Origin: Selaginella moellendorffii
Taxonomy: Eukaryota > Plantae > Lycopodiophyta
Length of the DNA: 64,000 bases
Assembly: GCF_000143415.4 (NCBI RefSeq)
Contig: NW_003314296.1
Span: forward strand, 440,505 to 504,504
Direction of reading: 5' to 3'
Part shown: in pieces, positions 11,266 through 23,699 of the stretch
How the letters are laid out: each line of letters begins with the position of its first letter
Position numbering within the stretch: position 1 is the first letter of the stretch
Translations under genes and position numbers: made by a program
Notes under the pieces: generated by a model
The model's database searches: none
What the model was told of the DNA's origin: nothing
Seen by the model: the letters and a program-made list of their open reading frames with translations, nothing else

Positions 11266-13446
11266 ATGTATACGATCGAGGCATATGCCTCAAGGATCCG
11301 CGAGTGTGGGAGCCTCAAATCTCTCCAAGACGCTAGGGACCTGCACGGGCATCTCGCCAGCTATGGCTTCGATCGCCACACCTACCTGGGCAATCTCCTG
11401 GTGAGAATGTATGGCGACTGTGGCAGCATCCAAGACGCCCGCGCTGCCTTCGAAAGGATCATCGATCGCAATGTCTATTCCTGGACGATCCTTCTCGCTG
11501 CCACGCTCCAATCGGCTGGATTCCACCACGCTGGGGCGCTGTTCCAGCGAATGCCGTGCCGGAATCTCGTGTCCTGGAACTCGATGCTCACGGCCTGTGC
11601 CCAGAGCTGCGAGATCCATGACGCCGAGAGGATCTTCTCGTCGATGCTGGAGAGGGATGTGGTGTCCTGGAACGCGATGCTCGTTGCCTACATCCACAGC
11701 GGAGATCTCCGCCGCGCCCTGGCAATCTTCGATGCGATGAGGGAGAGGAATGTCACGTCCTGGAATTTCATCGTCACAGCGTGCGCGCAGCACGACGATC
11801 TCCTCCAGGCCTGCCAGATCTTCGACCGGATGCCGCTCAGGAACGTCGTGTCTTGGAACGCGATCGTCGCTGCCTATGCCGAGAGCGGCGAGCTGCCTCG
11901 GGCGAAATTTCTCTTCGATCTCTCGCCCGAGGCCAATGTCTTCTCCTGGACGATCCTGATCACTTGCTACGGCGAGAATCAGGAGCTGGACTGGGCAAGA
12001 ACGATGTTCTTGAGGATGCCGTGCCGAAATATCGTCTCCTGGAACGCGATCCTGACGGCCTACGCATCGATCGGGGACATGGACCAGGCGACGCGCTGCT
12101 TGGACGCGATGCCTGAGCGGGATCTGGTGTCCTGGAACGCGACGATCTCCGGATTCGTCCAGATCGGCCGCTTCCTCGATGCCAAAGCCCTGTTTGAGAG
12201 ATTTCCTGCGACCGACATCGTTTCTTGGAACGCGATTCTTACCGCCGAGGCCGAGGCGCGCGATACGGCCGCCGCGAAGGAGCTCTTTGACGATCTACCA
12301 AAGGCGGACATTGTGTCTTGGCACATCTTGATCGCTGCGTTTGCCCAGAATGGCGACCTGGACTCCTCAAGAACCCTATTCTCAAGAATGTGTAAGTGGA
12401 CAATATTTTCTTGGAACGTGATGGTCGCGGCGTACGGACAAAATGGCCAGATCGAACAGTCGGAAATTACCTTTAGGAAAATGGACGGGCGAGATCTGGT
12501 AAGCTGGAATGCCATGGTAGCGGCATATGCCCAGAACGGGTACTTTGACCATGCTGAAAGATTCTTTGATCTAATGCCACGGAGGGACGTGGTTTCGTGG
12601 AACTCTATGGTTTCGGGATTGATAAACCTTGGAGAGATTGACGTGGCAAGGGAGAGATTTTTCGATCAAATGCCCCAAAAGAACGTTGTCTCGTGGAACA
12701 TGATGATATCGGCATATTCCGGGGACGATAGAAACGATGAGGCGCTGGCGCTATTTCGCGCCATGGATGTGTCCCCGGATCGAGTCACATTCGCGGTGGC
12801 GCTGGAGATTTGTGCGAATCTTTCCGACGTGGAGCAGGGCAAAGAGATCCACCGCCGCATCACAGAGGGAGGTCGGGGTTTCGAATCCCACCCCCAAATC
12901 GAGACCGCCCTGCTAAACATGTATGCCCAGTGTGGGGATATCTCCCTCACCAGCTCCATCTTTGAGGAGCTGTCCAGGCGGGATTTGACGGCGTGGAACG
13001 CGATGATCCACGGGTACGCGCGAATTGGCGAGCTGGGATCGATGCTAGAGGTGTTCTTCCGGATGCTGCTCGAAGGAATCGGCCCCAATTTCGCGAGCCT
13101 CGTGTCGATTGTGTCGGCGTGCAGCCATGGCGGGATGTTTGACGAGGGATTCGCGTTTTTCCGGGGAATTCTCAAGGATTTTGGTGTGAACCTCGTGATC
13201 GATCACTACATTTGTATGATTGACCTCCTGGGACGATCCGGCCAGATCGATCGAGCACAAGAACTCGTCCTAGACATGCCGTACGAGGCCGATGGAGTCG
13301 CGTGGAGAGCATTGCTCTCGTCTTGTATCGTACAAGGGGACGAAGAGAGGGCCCAGAGAGCCGCAGGACTAATCTCGGCCGTCGATCCCCGGCATCCAAC
13401 GACTTACATTTTGCTAGCCAATGTGTATGCTACGGCCTTCGTGTAG
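11266..13446 (+). CDS. PLS-class PPR protein (S-repeat rich) with E domain, no DYW; organellar RNA-editing factor type
   Basis: Intronless ORF with many NVVSWNAM/I repeats, then ACSHGG, HYICMIDLLGRSG, AWRALLSSC and TYILLANVY*. First ATG at 11266 (the track starts at a GTG). Confidence 0.93.
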   Translation: MYTIEAYASRIRECGSLKSLQDARDLHGHLASYGFDRHTYLGNLLVRMYGDCGSIQDARAAFERIIDRNVYSWTILLAATLQSAGFHHAGALFQRMPCRNLVSWNSMLTACAQSCEIHDAERIFSSMLERDVVSWNAMLVAYIHSGDLRRALAIFDAMRERNVTSWNFIVTACAQHDDLLQACQIFDRMPLRNVVSWNAIVAAYAESGELPRAKFLFDLSPEANVFSWTILITCYGENQELDWARTMFLRMPCRNIVSWNAILTAYASIGDMDQATRCLDAMPERDLVSWNATISGFVQIGRFLDAKALFERFPATDIVSWNAILTAEAEARDTAAAKELFDDLPKADIVSWHILIAAFAQNGDLDSSRTLFSRMCKWTIFSWNVMVAAYGQNGQIEQSEITFRKMDGRDLVSWNAMVAAYAQNGYFDHAERFFDLMPRRDVVSWNSMVSGLINLGEIDVARERFFDQMPQKNVVSWNMMISAYSGDDRNDEALALFRAMDVSPDRVTFAVALEICANLSDVEQGKEIHRRITEGGRGFESHPQIETALLNMYAQCGDISLTSSIFEELSRRDLTAWNAMIHGYARIGELGSMLEVFFRMLLEGIGPNFASLVSIVSACSHGGMFDEGFAFFRGILKDFGVNLVIDHYICMIDLLGRSGQIDRAQELVLDMPYEADGVAWRALLSSCIVQGDEERAQRAAGLISAVDPRHPTTYILLANVYATAFV

Positions 13447-13602
13447 GTGTGGAAAACTGCCACGTAGTCACGGCTCCTATTGGGCAGTGCCAGATACCAA
13501 ACTCCACGTCAGCGTTTGGGATTTATTTCGAGGTCTTTTCGAGCTCTTCCTCGATCGATGGGATGGGGACGATGATCTGAGGCGCAAGGAAAAGAATGCG
13601 CC

Positions 13603-16232
13603 ATGGCCACTGCTGCTACTGCTGCTGTGAATTGCAGTCTCTACAAACCCGGTGTGGCGTCGGGGGCCAGGATCTCAGGTAAGTTCTCTCGCTCGTTGTC
13701 CAGCACGAAATTCATGGCTAAATCCGCAGATTTCCTGGGAATCGGCCCATGGAGCCGTTGTAAGTCATCTTGCTTCTAGCTCGGACAAGCTTGCCGCGAG
13801 ATGGAGGGCTTTCATCCAGGAAACAAGGGAATTCACAGCAGTGGTTTGAGATTCGTCGATGAAGTACTTGCCGATGATGTCTCATCCAGTGCTGGAGCAT
13901 CAAATTTTCCAGGAGATGATGCCTCTAGTCTTTCTTCTGGGACTGGAGCGATGGATTTGCCAGAGGTTGCCAGTGACAGCGATTTGCCCAAGCCCGGGAT
14001 TTTTTCCAGTGATGCAGTGGAAGCTCCTCAGCTGGAAGCACCACCCCAAGGTGGCGATGACTTGATACCAGACTTTTCATTGGCTCCTGGCGAAGAGAGC
14101 CAAGGTGGTGGTGTTCTAGACGTACCGGATGGAGGAGAGCTGGGTGGAAATCCATTATCTTCGGCCGCGAAGGAGGCCTCCGATGCGTTGAAAGGCGCGG
14201 CTGAGGATGTCTCGAGCACACTGTCCTCAATCCAAGAGAGTGGCGCGAACTTCTTCGGTGGGATCAGGGACTCCATCACAGGATCTATAAACAAGGCTGA
14301 GAACTCCATCCAGGACGCGTATGACAGTATCAACGGATCCATCTTGAGGGTGATAAAGGGAGCTGGCGAGAAGGTTGATGATCAGCCGTCGTCGAATCCC
14401 CCCGGTCTTTCGATAGATCTTACGAGTCCCTTTCGGACTGGAACTCCCGTCAACAATGCGCTCAAGGAGGTCGTCATATTCGTGAAGAATGGCGTTGGAG
14501 GAGTTGGCCATGCTGTGTCGGACGTGTACAGCTTAGCGAAAGGCTCTGCGCCATCGGAAGTACAGAACGCCTTGAGCAGTGCGGAGCAAAACGTTTTTGC
14601 GCCATTGAGTTCAGTACTACATCAGGTATTTTATGATTTCTCTTTCTCTCTCTAGTTCATGCTTTGGAACAATGCACAGGCTTTTGATGCTGCTGTGAGC
14701 TTGGAAAAAGCCGTGGGTATTGATCCCGAAAATCCTATCATTCCGATATTTCTGGTTGGAGGTGGAAGTGCTTACCTGGGGTAAGAAGTTTGTAAATGCA
14801 ACACTGAAAGAAATCGAGTGGCTTGCTTTTCCAGGTTTTTACTTTGGGACTCGAAGTATGGTGGTTATGCTGGCGATCTTTCGGCAGATACTGTGTTTGA
14901 CATGCTTAAAAAGGAGAAGGTTGTGCTCGTCGACGTACGGCCGCAGGTTAGCTCAAACTCTTGATTATTGGGGTGTTCATTCTGTCGCCAAAACTCCAGG
15001 AATTAAAAGAGCGAGATGGTGTTCCGGACGTCAGAAGAGGAGCTCGATTTAAGCTTGCGAGCATTACTGGCCTGGAGGTAAGCGGATATATATGCATATA
15101 TCTTTATTCCTGATGCATACAAATTTCAGTTCAGGTAGAGCGTCCTGTGCGAGATCTCTTGAGAAGTGCAGATGATGTAAATAGCTTGCTAACAGCAACC
15201 TTGATTTGCAACTTGAGAAACGTCACGGTGGGTAGCAATCGGATCTAAACCTCCATTTCTAACTCTTTCTTACTGCAATACAGTCCACCTCAAAGGTTGT
15301 TGTCATGGACGCTGATGGTACTCAATCGAAGAAAATTGCAAAAGCATTGAGAAAAGTCGGGATAAGAGTAGGCATCGCCGGTTTGATCTCTCTCTCCCAC
15401 TGACGTTGCAATTTTGCATGTAGAGATCGTATCGTCTAGAGGGTGGATTTGCTGCCTGGCTGAAAACCGGCCTAGGACAAAAGCCTGGAGGACAAGAAAC
15501 ACCACTCAGAATTCTTAAGGAGGTTCGTATTTCAACGCGAGTTGTCCTGCTGTGCGGTAACAAAGATTTGTCGTGCCAGGAAACCGAGGCAGTTGTAGAG
15601 GAACTCAAACCAGCTGGAATAGCTGCTATAGCTGTGGTCAGTGGTTATGTTTTCAAGCTCTTAAGATCCTATTCTTATCACGCTGCTTGAATGCAGGGAT
15701 CTGTTGCTTCTATTTATGCTTTGTCTGGTAAGAAGAAAGAAATTACTCCATTGGTAATATCCATCTATCTTGGCAGAGTGGGAGAAAACTCTTCAATTGC
15801 TTGGAGTGATTGCTATCGTACAGGTTAAACCGAAAAACGATTTGATTCGAGCGACAATTTTGTATAACCGGTGCTTCTTTTGTAGTTAATCTATCAACGA
15901 CTTGAGTCATACGAGAGTGCAGACGACTTTGCCGCTGATCTGAGGTAGAAATGGAGCTTTTTTCCCTTGCAGCTCTAAAAGTCTCTGCATTGTTTTTTGT
16001 TTTGTCCAGAGTTTTGCAAGCGCCACTCAGAGTTGTTCTTCAGTGGCTTGGAGGACAGCCCAGGACAAGTAAACTGGAGTTGGCAACCTCTCCATCAACA
16101 ACAGCCGTGCAGGACAGAGTGGTGCAAGCTGCTGCAAAGCATGGGTCTAAGCCAGATGAGTCTCAAGCCCAGGAACAAGAACAGGATGCTACATTCACTC
16201 AAGAAGGCCCAAGCATAGCACAAGATGCTTAG
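13603..16232 (+). CDS. Chloroplast rhodanese-like domain protein, calcium-sensing receptor (CAS)-like, multi-exon
   Basis: Spliced exons give YGGYAGDLSADTVFDML..VLVDVRP/ELKERDGVPDVRRGAR/SKVVVMDADGTQSKKIAKALRKVG/LEGGFAAWLKTGL. Exon 1 (13603-13678) is transit-peptide-like and splices in frame to 13820. The 5' structure is less certain. Confidence 0.85.
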
Positions 16233-16351
16233 AGTGATTGTGTTCCTAAGAAGTAAGAAAAATCCATTGATTACATATCTCAATGCGCTTTTGTCTTAAC
16301 TTTAGAGTGATTTTATTCCTAAGAAGTAAGAAAAATCCATCGATCACATAT
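16230..16351. repeat. Imperfect ~50-bp direct duplication in 3' UTR
   Basis: tagagtgatt.t.ttcctaagaagtaagaaaaatccat.gat.acatat at ~16230 and ~16303. Confidence 0.8.
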
Positions 16352-16488
16352 TTTTGTCCTTGAGAGGACAAAGGACACAAACACAAAATGTGTTTCACCT
16401 CCAAGTTCGCAGCCAGTTCTTTTCGATCTTCCTCAAGCATTTCTCTTGTGTTTGTTTCTACAAGGGCTTCTTCTCCTTTGGCAAAAGC

Positions 16489-16997
16489 ATGGTTGTCTTC
16501 TTCCTTCTCCTTCTTCTTGTTGGTGTGTTTGATGAAGTATCGTCATCGCAGAAGCTAAGAATCGTTTCAACGTCTTCCAAAGTTGTTTCAATCGACAAGA
16601 ATGGGTCTGCGATTCTAGCAAACTTAAAGGATGGGGACGACGCTCAGGTTTTCGTTCTTCCTTTCTTGTTCGTTTCTCTGTCTCACATTTACGTTTCCTG
16701 TTGTTTAGATCTGGGAGCAATCGTTTCGTTTGGGCCGCTTCCAGGATGCTTATGGTGGCTTTGGATTCGCTCTGATGAATGAAAGGAGCGGTCTTTACCT
16801 GCGTCATGGAATAGCACCCAAGGAAGTGGTAAGATTCTCACTTCTATGCTTTTTTTCGAATAGGAAGTTCACTTATATGTTTTCTTACCACAAACATCTT
16901 CCTGTGCTTGTCAAACACAAACGGGAACACTCTGGACGTCCAAGACTGCCATCCCGATCGGCTGACTGATCAGCTCTGGCAGCTCCAGAAAGTGTGA
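16489..16997 (+). pseudogene. Euonymus-lectin (EUL, ricin-B-like) gene with signal peptide; C-terminal half apparently deleted or frameshifted
   Basis: Exon 1 (16489-16647): hydrophobic signal plus ..VSIDKNGSAILANLKDGDDAQ. Exon 2 (16709-16828): IWEQ..QDAYGGFGFALMNERSGLYLRHG, matching the EUL core Q.W...D..G...FALVNK.TG.A.KH. Remnants TLWTSK and DQLWQL follow in different frames. Confidence 0.65.
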
Positions 16998-17401
16998 GAT
17001 CCAGCATCTTATCCATCGTTTCTATCTTCCCGGAGCCTCTAGACAGTCTTTCGTTTCCAAGAATGAATACAAAAGTTAATAGAAATTACAGTCAGTGTTC
17101 TACTGCCGCTGTGAGCTGAAATGCTTCTCTTAGGAGCAATAGCCACCAGCAGCAGCACAAAGCTTCAGTAGTAGTAACAGAAGTCTGTCTATCTGCAATT
17201 ATAAATATACTATGTCGTGAGGAAGATCACGATTCACGTACCTATGAGTTCCTGTCTGCTGTGTGAGTGTTTTGTAGCTTCGCGAGCAAGGACGTATAGT
17301 GTATATATCCTTTACCTTATTGTGACCTGCCAGGGAAAGCTCGACGTTAGACAAAGTTTCTGGGAACTAAAGCAGATGAAATTGCTTACCGGTTGTGTCA
17401 G

Positions 17402-18642
17402 TCAGGAGGATGTCACGAAGTGCGAGGCCAGAAGCTTGGGCATGGTAAACCCCAAGAAGCTATCGCATTCAAAAAGCTCCTGTAGTTTATTGTCACAGAG
17501 GATCTTCTTCTTATCGGTAGGATCCTGCGCACAAGTAAACGCAACATTAAAGCAGTGAGAAAAGAGAGAGTTTTGTCGTTGAGAACTACCTGAAGTTGGT
17601 TGCTCCTAATGTAGTCCCAAATCCGCTTTACGACCTCGCTCCTCGTCACCTCGCTTTCGCCAGTACCAAAAAACTTTTGGAGGGCGTCTGAGATCGGAGA
17701 TGGGACAAGGAATCCCGACGCTTTCCCTTTCCCGGAATCCTTCTTCTGCCTCTTTGTCTTGGGCTCCGAATCTTCGGCCCCTGCACAATCAAGGAAACAA
17801 TCTTTGTGGTCACCATTTTGACTCGCGCAAAAGCCAAAACACTCACCCTCTTCAGTTATAGTCCAAATGTGCTTGGATAAAAGCTTATTCATTTGGAACA
17901 TGTCAGTTTGGTCCGTCCCAAACAGCTCACGCAAGGGATCATCGCAAATGATGTTCCGCTTGTTCTCGGGATCTTGTAAGTTGTGAGCACGGATGTAAAC
18001 CCAGAGCTGCTTCACCACCTGACGACGAGACGAGCAATGCAAGCAAGCTTAAAAAATGCTTTCAGGAAAAGAAAAACAAGCCTACCTGGGTCCTAGGCAA
18101 GGATTCCTCTCCTATAATTGCCTGGAGCTCCGGCGAGAGACGGCAGAGCTTGTTAAGTCCTCCCCGCTTCTTCTTCTCCTTGGGAGTACTGCAACACAAG
18201 AGCGGCATTAAGAACCCAAAAGAACAAAACAAAGAAAAACAAAACAAACTAGAAAAGAAGAGAGTTACCTGTCTTCGATCGCGAGCTCGATGTTCTCTCT
18301 GAATTGCTCGAGCTCCTGATCGTTTGGAAGCGAATCCTCGGCAGTGCCCTGCTGCTCCTCCTGCGCCGGAGCAGTGGCATTCGCCTCCTCGTCGCCCTTG
18401 ACCAAGGATCCCAGGCTCGTGTTGTGTGCCAGGAACTCATCGACTTGCTGCCGGATGAAATCCTTCTTGTGGGCGAGCTCCACCCCCAAGTTCTTCTCCA
18501 GCACCGCCCTTATGTCGCTCATGGACGTGGTGGACAAGTCGGCGCTGTTGAGAACCAGCCCAATCTCTCGGACAATGTCGCTATCCGCCACTAGCGACGC
18601 CTCCGCTATGGCCGCTTCTGGGGAGGCCGTTGTCGTCGCCAT
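17402..18642 (-). CDS. DEK-C + tandem SWIB/MDM2 domain protein (UAF30/Spp27, BAF60b-domain type), multi-exon
   Basis: DEK-C (LNSADLSTTSMSDIRAVLEKNLGVELAHKKDFIRQQVD), SWIB1 (LSPELQAIIG..PRTQVVKQLWVYIRAHNLQDPENKRNIICD) and SWIB2 (RSEVVKRIWDYIRSNQLQDPTDKKKILCD). Stop at 17402. Confidence 0.92.
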
Positions 18643-19287
18643 GGCAGGATTCTCGAGAAAGACCGGGGGAGTGCCGACAAAGAGAATCGCGCGCTCGCAA
18701 AGCCCTAGCTGAGATTCTAGAGCCTTAGAATGCCGCTCTCATGCCGGAGCCGGAGAGATCCCGCCAACACAGCGCGCTAGCAGCTAAATCCCTCTCTCTC
18801 CTACAAACCTCGGCCGCGCGCTACAAACTCCCGCCCGCCGCGACGCGCAAGATCGATCTGGCCCTGGCAATGCCGCTGCTGTGCGCTCCAGATCCAGTGC
18901 CCTAGGTAGCTTTCCTTTCCCTGGCGACGGACGATCAAAGCCTCGAGCACTGAGGATGCGGCAGAACGAAGGGGTCTGCCGTACCCGTACCGTCAGCTCG
19001 TCCCAGCCGCACGATCGGGCACTCCGGAATGCGCCGCGCGATCGACCGTTGGATTAAAAATCCTATCCGTAAGGCGCGCTTTTCTAAATGTGGGTAGGTG
19101 ACCCCGGAGAATATGCTCTCTCCTAGTATGGAAGATTTTCGTTGCTCCTATCCAACGGCTGGCATTCAAAAGAGAAAAATGCCGCGCGATAGTTAGTTAT
19201 GGTTTTTAGGGCACGATGAACGAAGGAGAAGGAGCCATCTTCTTCTAGCGCGAGCGCGAGAGCAAAGATTCTTCTTTTCTGTGGAAA

Positions 19288-21587
19288 ATGGGGTGTGGAG
19301 CATCGAAAGAGAGCACTGAAACAGCAGTAGGGAACGTCGCGCAGAGTGTGAGAGCGGCGAATTGCAACAAAAGCACCTCTTGTGCCTTGGCAGCAGCGAA
19401 GAGAAACGAAGAAGTCGCTGCTCGATCGCCCTCGCCGGCTCCACGGCCACAGATTGTCCCGAGTTTCAGAGATTCCAGTTCTTCGCCCCGGCCTACGAGC
19501 GATTCAATCGCGACGCAACTTGGAAGTGACGTGCAATCCGCCGCTACTCTCGACTCCGGGGACTTCCCAGCTGCTGCTCAATTCGCCGAGCCTGGCTTGG
19601 ATTCCTCCGCTACTGCCGAAGTAGTGGACACTGCCGAGGTTGTGGAAACCGCCCAAGTTTTGGAGGCCGAGATCCTGGAGCCTGCCTTGGATACTTCCAC
19701 TGCTGCTGGATTGATCAGAGCTCTATCGCCACCACCCGAGTTCCAACTCTGCTACTCCTGTCAATCGGTGATAGACAAGTTGGAGGAGAGGAATGTAGCA
19801 GTGAATATAAACTTCACTAGTACCTCTTCGTTACTCTCGGCGAGGAGACAGCGGCTTAGCAGAACACCATCGCCGGCTCCACAGCCAAACGTCACGGATT
19901 CCCGAGCCTCCACACCGAAAAGCACTGCTGCCGCTGAGCCGATCGCCGCGGCTTCACAAGAGCTTCTTCCTCCCGACGATCTCGTTGCCTCGGCAGCCTT
20001 AGCCGCCGAGTCGAGAGCTTCATCCAGAGCCTCGTCAAGAGCTCCATCGCCGCCATCCGAAGTACCTGCGGCCGAAGTTCCGGTTGCCAGTCAGGAAAAG
20101 TTGGAAGAGAGTGCAAACTCCACTTTGAGGAGACTTAGCAGCAGGACACCATCGCCCGCTCCTCGGCCACTGGTCTGCGAGTGCAGAGGTTCATCACCAA
20201 AGACCACCACCCTCGAGTCTAGAGGTTTGTCGCCGGCACCGGTGCTGCATTCTGCTGCAGAGTCGAAAGCATCGTCTCGAGCACCATCACCAGCGCATGC
20301 AGACGTAGAATCCAGAGCATCCTCTCCTAGGCAGCTGTTGAGTAGTTTCAGGAGGCATGTTAGCAGAAGCCCGTCGCCAGCACAGATTATAAGTCAGGCT
20401 AGTAGACATTCCTCACCAGCTGTGGCAGCCGAGATCGCCAAGAGACATAGCAGCAGGAGCGCTTCACCTGCTCCACTTCCCGAGGTTTTCAAGTCCCAGA
20501 CCGTTCCAGCTGACATCGCCGCAGATAGCTCGAGCAAAAACACGTCCAGGGCCTCGTTGGCTTCGTTGAAAGATAGCAAAAGTTCACCGGCTGTATCCGA
20601 GAGAAATGGAAAAGTCTCGCCATATGCGCCTTCGCCAGCTGCGGGAAGCAGAGCCTCGTCCAAATCACCGGCTCTGTCGACAAGAGCTTCGTTCGGTGTT
20701 GGAGACGAGGACGGCGATTTGCTTTCGGCGTCTGCGGCAGCTGCTCTGAAAGCCATTGTGCAGAGAGTGACCAGTGAGTTAGCGGAAAAAGCTGTCACTC
20801 ACCACGACCTTGTGCGAGACGAAGAAAAAAAGACATCCGACACAATTCCGGACCAACTTAAGGTACGCCACTGAAATCGCATCCAGATAGATAGATCACT
20901 GTTTTTTCGCTTTTTGGCAGAACGAACCGGAACCTGGCAAAGAAGAGAAGACTGATGAAATCTTGTCAACTCAAAGTGAAAACCTCGAAGAGCTAAGAAC
21001 GTCAACTCACCTTGAAACAATTCTTTCCTGTAAGTTGCCGAGTTTGCAAACGCTCTTCACACCAAATGAGTTGTGAGCATGCAGGTGTTGAAGCCAATAA
21101 GCAATCCAGTACCACCGCAGCACCTGCAAAACTTGCGGGAAAGGGTCACTCGCCAAGACCAGGATTGTACGAATACTACCTGGGCCTTCGATCGGGAGAG
21201 TACAACATGTCTCCCCCGTCATCTTCAGCTTCGTCCCAGAATGATGCACTCGCCGGTATCAAGGACGCTCTGGACGAGATAGACATCACCAAAGACCTCA
21301 TGGAAGAGAACGCAGCAACCACAGCGAAGGTGAGCAGTCCCACTTTGGACGTGGAGAGCATCTATAATGAAATCAGGAAGCTGACGTTCTCGGAGTACGA
21401 GAAACTGGAGCAAAACGATGACAGCAGCAGTATTGAGCATGAAACGGAGATGGTAAGTACCACGACGAAGACTCAAGTTCTGGCGGAGAAGGAGCATATC
21501 GCCAGCCCCCTGAGCTCCAAAGGCTCTATTGAAGAAGGTGAACGTCTCAATCATAAGCTTCATGAACTATTGACAAGAATACCATAG
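19288..21587 (+). CDS. Unknown Ser/Ala/Pro-rich disordered protein with N-terminal MGCGAS acylation motif; 3 exons (19288-20862, 20921-21029, 21084-21587)
   Basis: 528-aa first ORF. Two GT-AG introns join it in frame to the 21012-21587 ORF. About a dozen SRxxSP motifs. Confidence 0.75.
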
Positions 21588-21732
21588 CCAAGAACTTCTG
21601 ACACGGAGAACTTTCTGCAGGACTCGTAGCTTGACAAAACGCGAGCCCTTTCGGCCGTCCTCGATGAGCATATGTTAAAAACTTAGAATACAAACCATGG
21701 CCTTGGAATTGTCTATCCAATAACTGGCTGCT

Positions 21733-22933
21733 TTAGATGAATATAGTTTCCAACCACTGTCCCAAAGTCTTCGATCTGAAATCAATCCCAGTAAGTAAAT
21801 GGAATCCAATGCGCAGTTGCTCAAGTCGTATCGTCGACAAAACCACAGCTGTTGAGATGGAGACAATAAGGAACAATAATTGCAATCTCACTTCAAAAAC
21901 TAAGACGTCGATAAAGTTGCGATGGCCTGGATCGACCACTTTAAACTGGAACCAGGATGAGAGCTTCGTAACGCCTGTAAGAATTACGCAGTAGGCAAGT
22001 CCGACTAACAGCGCGTAAACTCCTTTCCAGAACAGATAGCCAGCCGAAGCTGGCTGCTTAAGGTTGTAGGAACTTGCTATCCTGCAAACGAGCACAAACA
22101 ACAAGGTGAGGAACTTGTAAACAACTCGTGCCGCTTGCTTACAGTACGATGTAGTCCCGAAGAAGCTTGAATGTGGATGGTGATTCTGGCTTACAGCGAT
22201 CTTGAGATGGAAGTCCTATACCATCTATAGAATAAATGGTCTTATCAGTATGGATACAACGGTAGCTGCGGTTTGCCTGCAAGGAAACGAGATCGCAAAA
22301 GAGCCACAAGTTGAGAAACTATTACCTCGAAACTTTCCGCTATTCTCCAAACCTCGGCAAAAACGGGTCTGCAATGACTTGGAAGAACCTCTTTGGGCTC
22401 TTCGAATAAAGATCGAATGGACGAATTCAAGATACTAAACTCCACCTGGGAACAACAACTTAGAACAATCTTCCATTCCATTTTTTCTACCTCAAGGCCT
22501 GCTACCCAATAGTAATCCAAAGAGCAGCGGAATTTCGAAGGGTCGGGCATACCAAACAGTCTGATCGAAACTGGAGATAAGTCACCTGAGAGACAGGTTT
22601 TCGCAACACGAACATCCACGCCTAATTCACAAGAACAAAGTTATAAGAAGAAACGATGAATAAGAAATGGAGCTACAAACTTTTGGATAGTATTTTACAC
22701 TGCGATGAATGCCGGGCGTTGCTCGTTGGAATCCGGAAAACCACGTTTCCAACGAATTGGAACGCTATTCCAAAAATCAGTGGCGTGAGGAAGAAGAAGG
22801 AGGATGAGATCCACCAGCGAGGGAGGTTAACCCGCGCATTGCGACCTTGGCGACATTCCGCAATGCTGTAAATCAAGGGCCATCCTAGGACGGAAAAAAC
22901 CACTGGTGCTGTAAACAATGCCATCTCTTGCAT
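21733..22933 (-). CDS. Conserved plant transmembrane protein of unknown function, 4 exons
   Basis: Spliced reading: TM helix, SQCKILSKS/VDVRVAKTC..FRCSLDYYW..EEPKEVLPSHCRPVF..FE/ANRSYRC..CKPESPSTFKLLRDYIVL/..TM. All three introns are GT-AG and phase-consistent. The Cys-rich luminal pattern resembles a land-plant family I recall, not verified. Confidence 0.75.
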
Positions 22934-23699
22934 AACGCCCACGCCTGATCGATCTCATCCAATACCTCCAAACAAGAGCCCTACCGCAAAACCCTAGAAC
23001 AGGGGTTTTCTATAATTTTGCCATACATTATTGACTTTAACCATTGTTATTTATTAGTATTTATAATTCATAAACTTTCTTAAACACTTTCCAGTATATT
23101 TTAGTTGATATATAATAATATTAATCTTATGTTTATAAACTTTTGAATTAATAAATAAAAGTGAAATTATTATTGAGCAAACCAAGCATTGTTGCATGTA
23201 ATGTGCAATAAATTTTTATTTTTTACACTTTAAAAAATAGTATTTAAATAATTAGTTAAATATTAAACTTAAATGTTTATGCAAAAAATTAATCTCATTT
23301 TGTGGATACAGATTCTTCCAATTTCACTAGTGCTGGATACTTGACAGGAGGATTTCCAACTTTAAGGTGAAAATCTCTAAAGCATCAGTGAATATTCTAA
23401 GTATATCCTAGGTATTATATCTCTTCTTTTAATTTATATATATATGTATTTTAGTGGAAGTTGGATTGGAAGGATGATGTGGCAGAATCAAAGATTTTGG
23501 GGTTGGGCTCAAGGATTTAAGGTGCCTGCTTGTAGAAGGAGCTACAATTTAGCAGAACCATAACATGATTCATAGGTTGTTGGGAGATCTATCAAAAACA
23601 TAATTACAAAATAAAAAATCTGATTCCTAATGCAATCTTCTCTTTGTCAAAATCTTCGGGTGTTGTTTTGATGTTCTTTCCCTTGCTTTCCTTCTTGCT

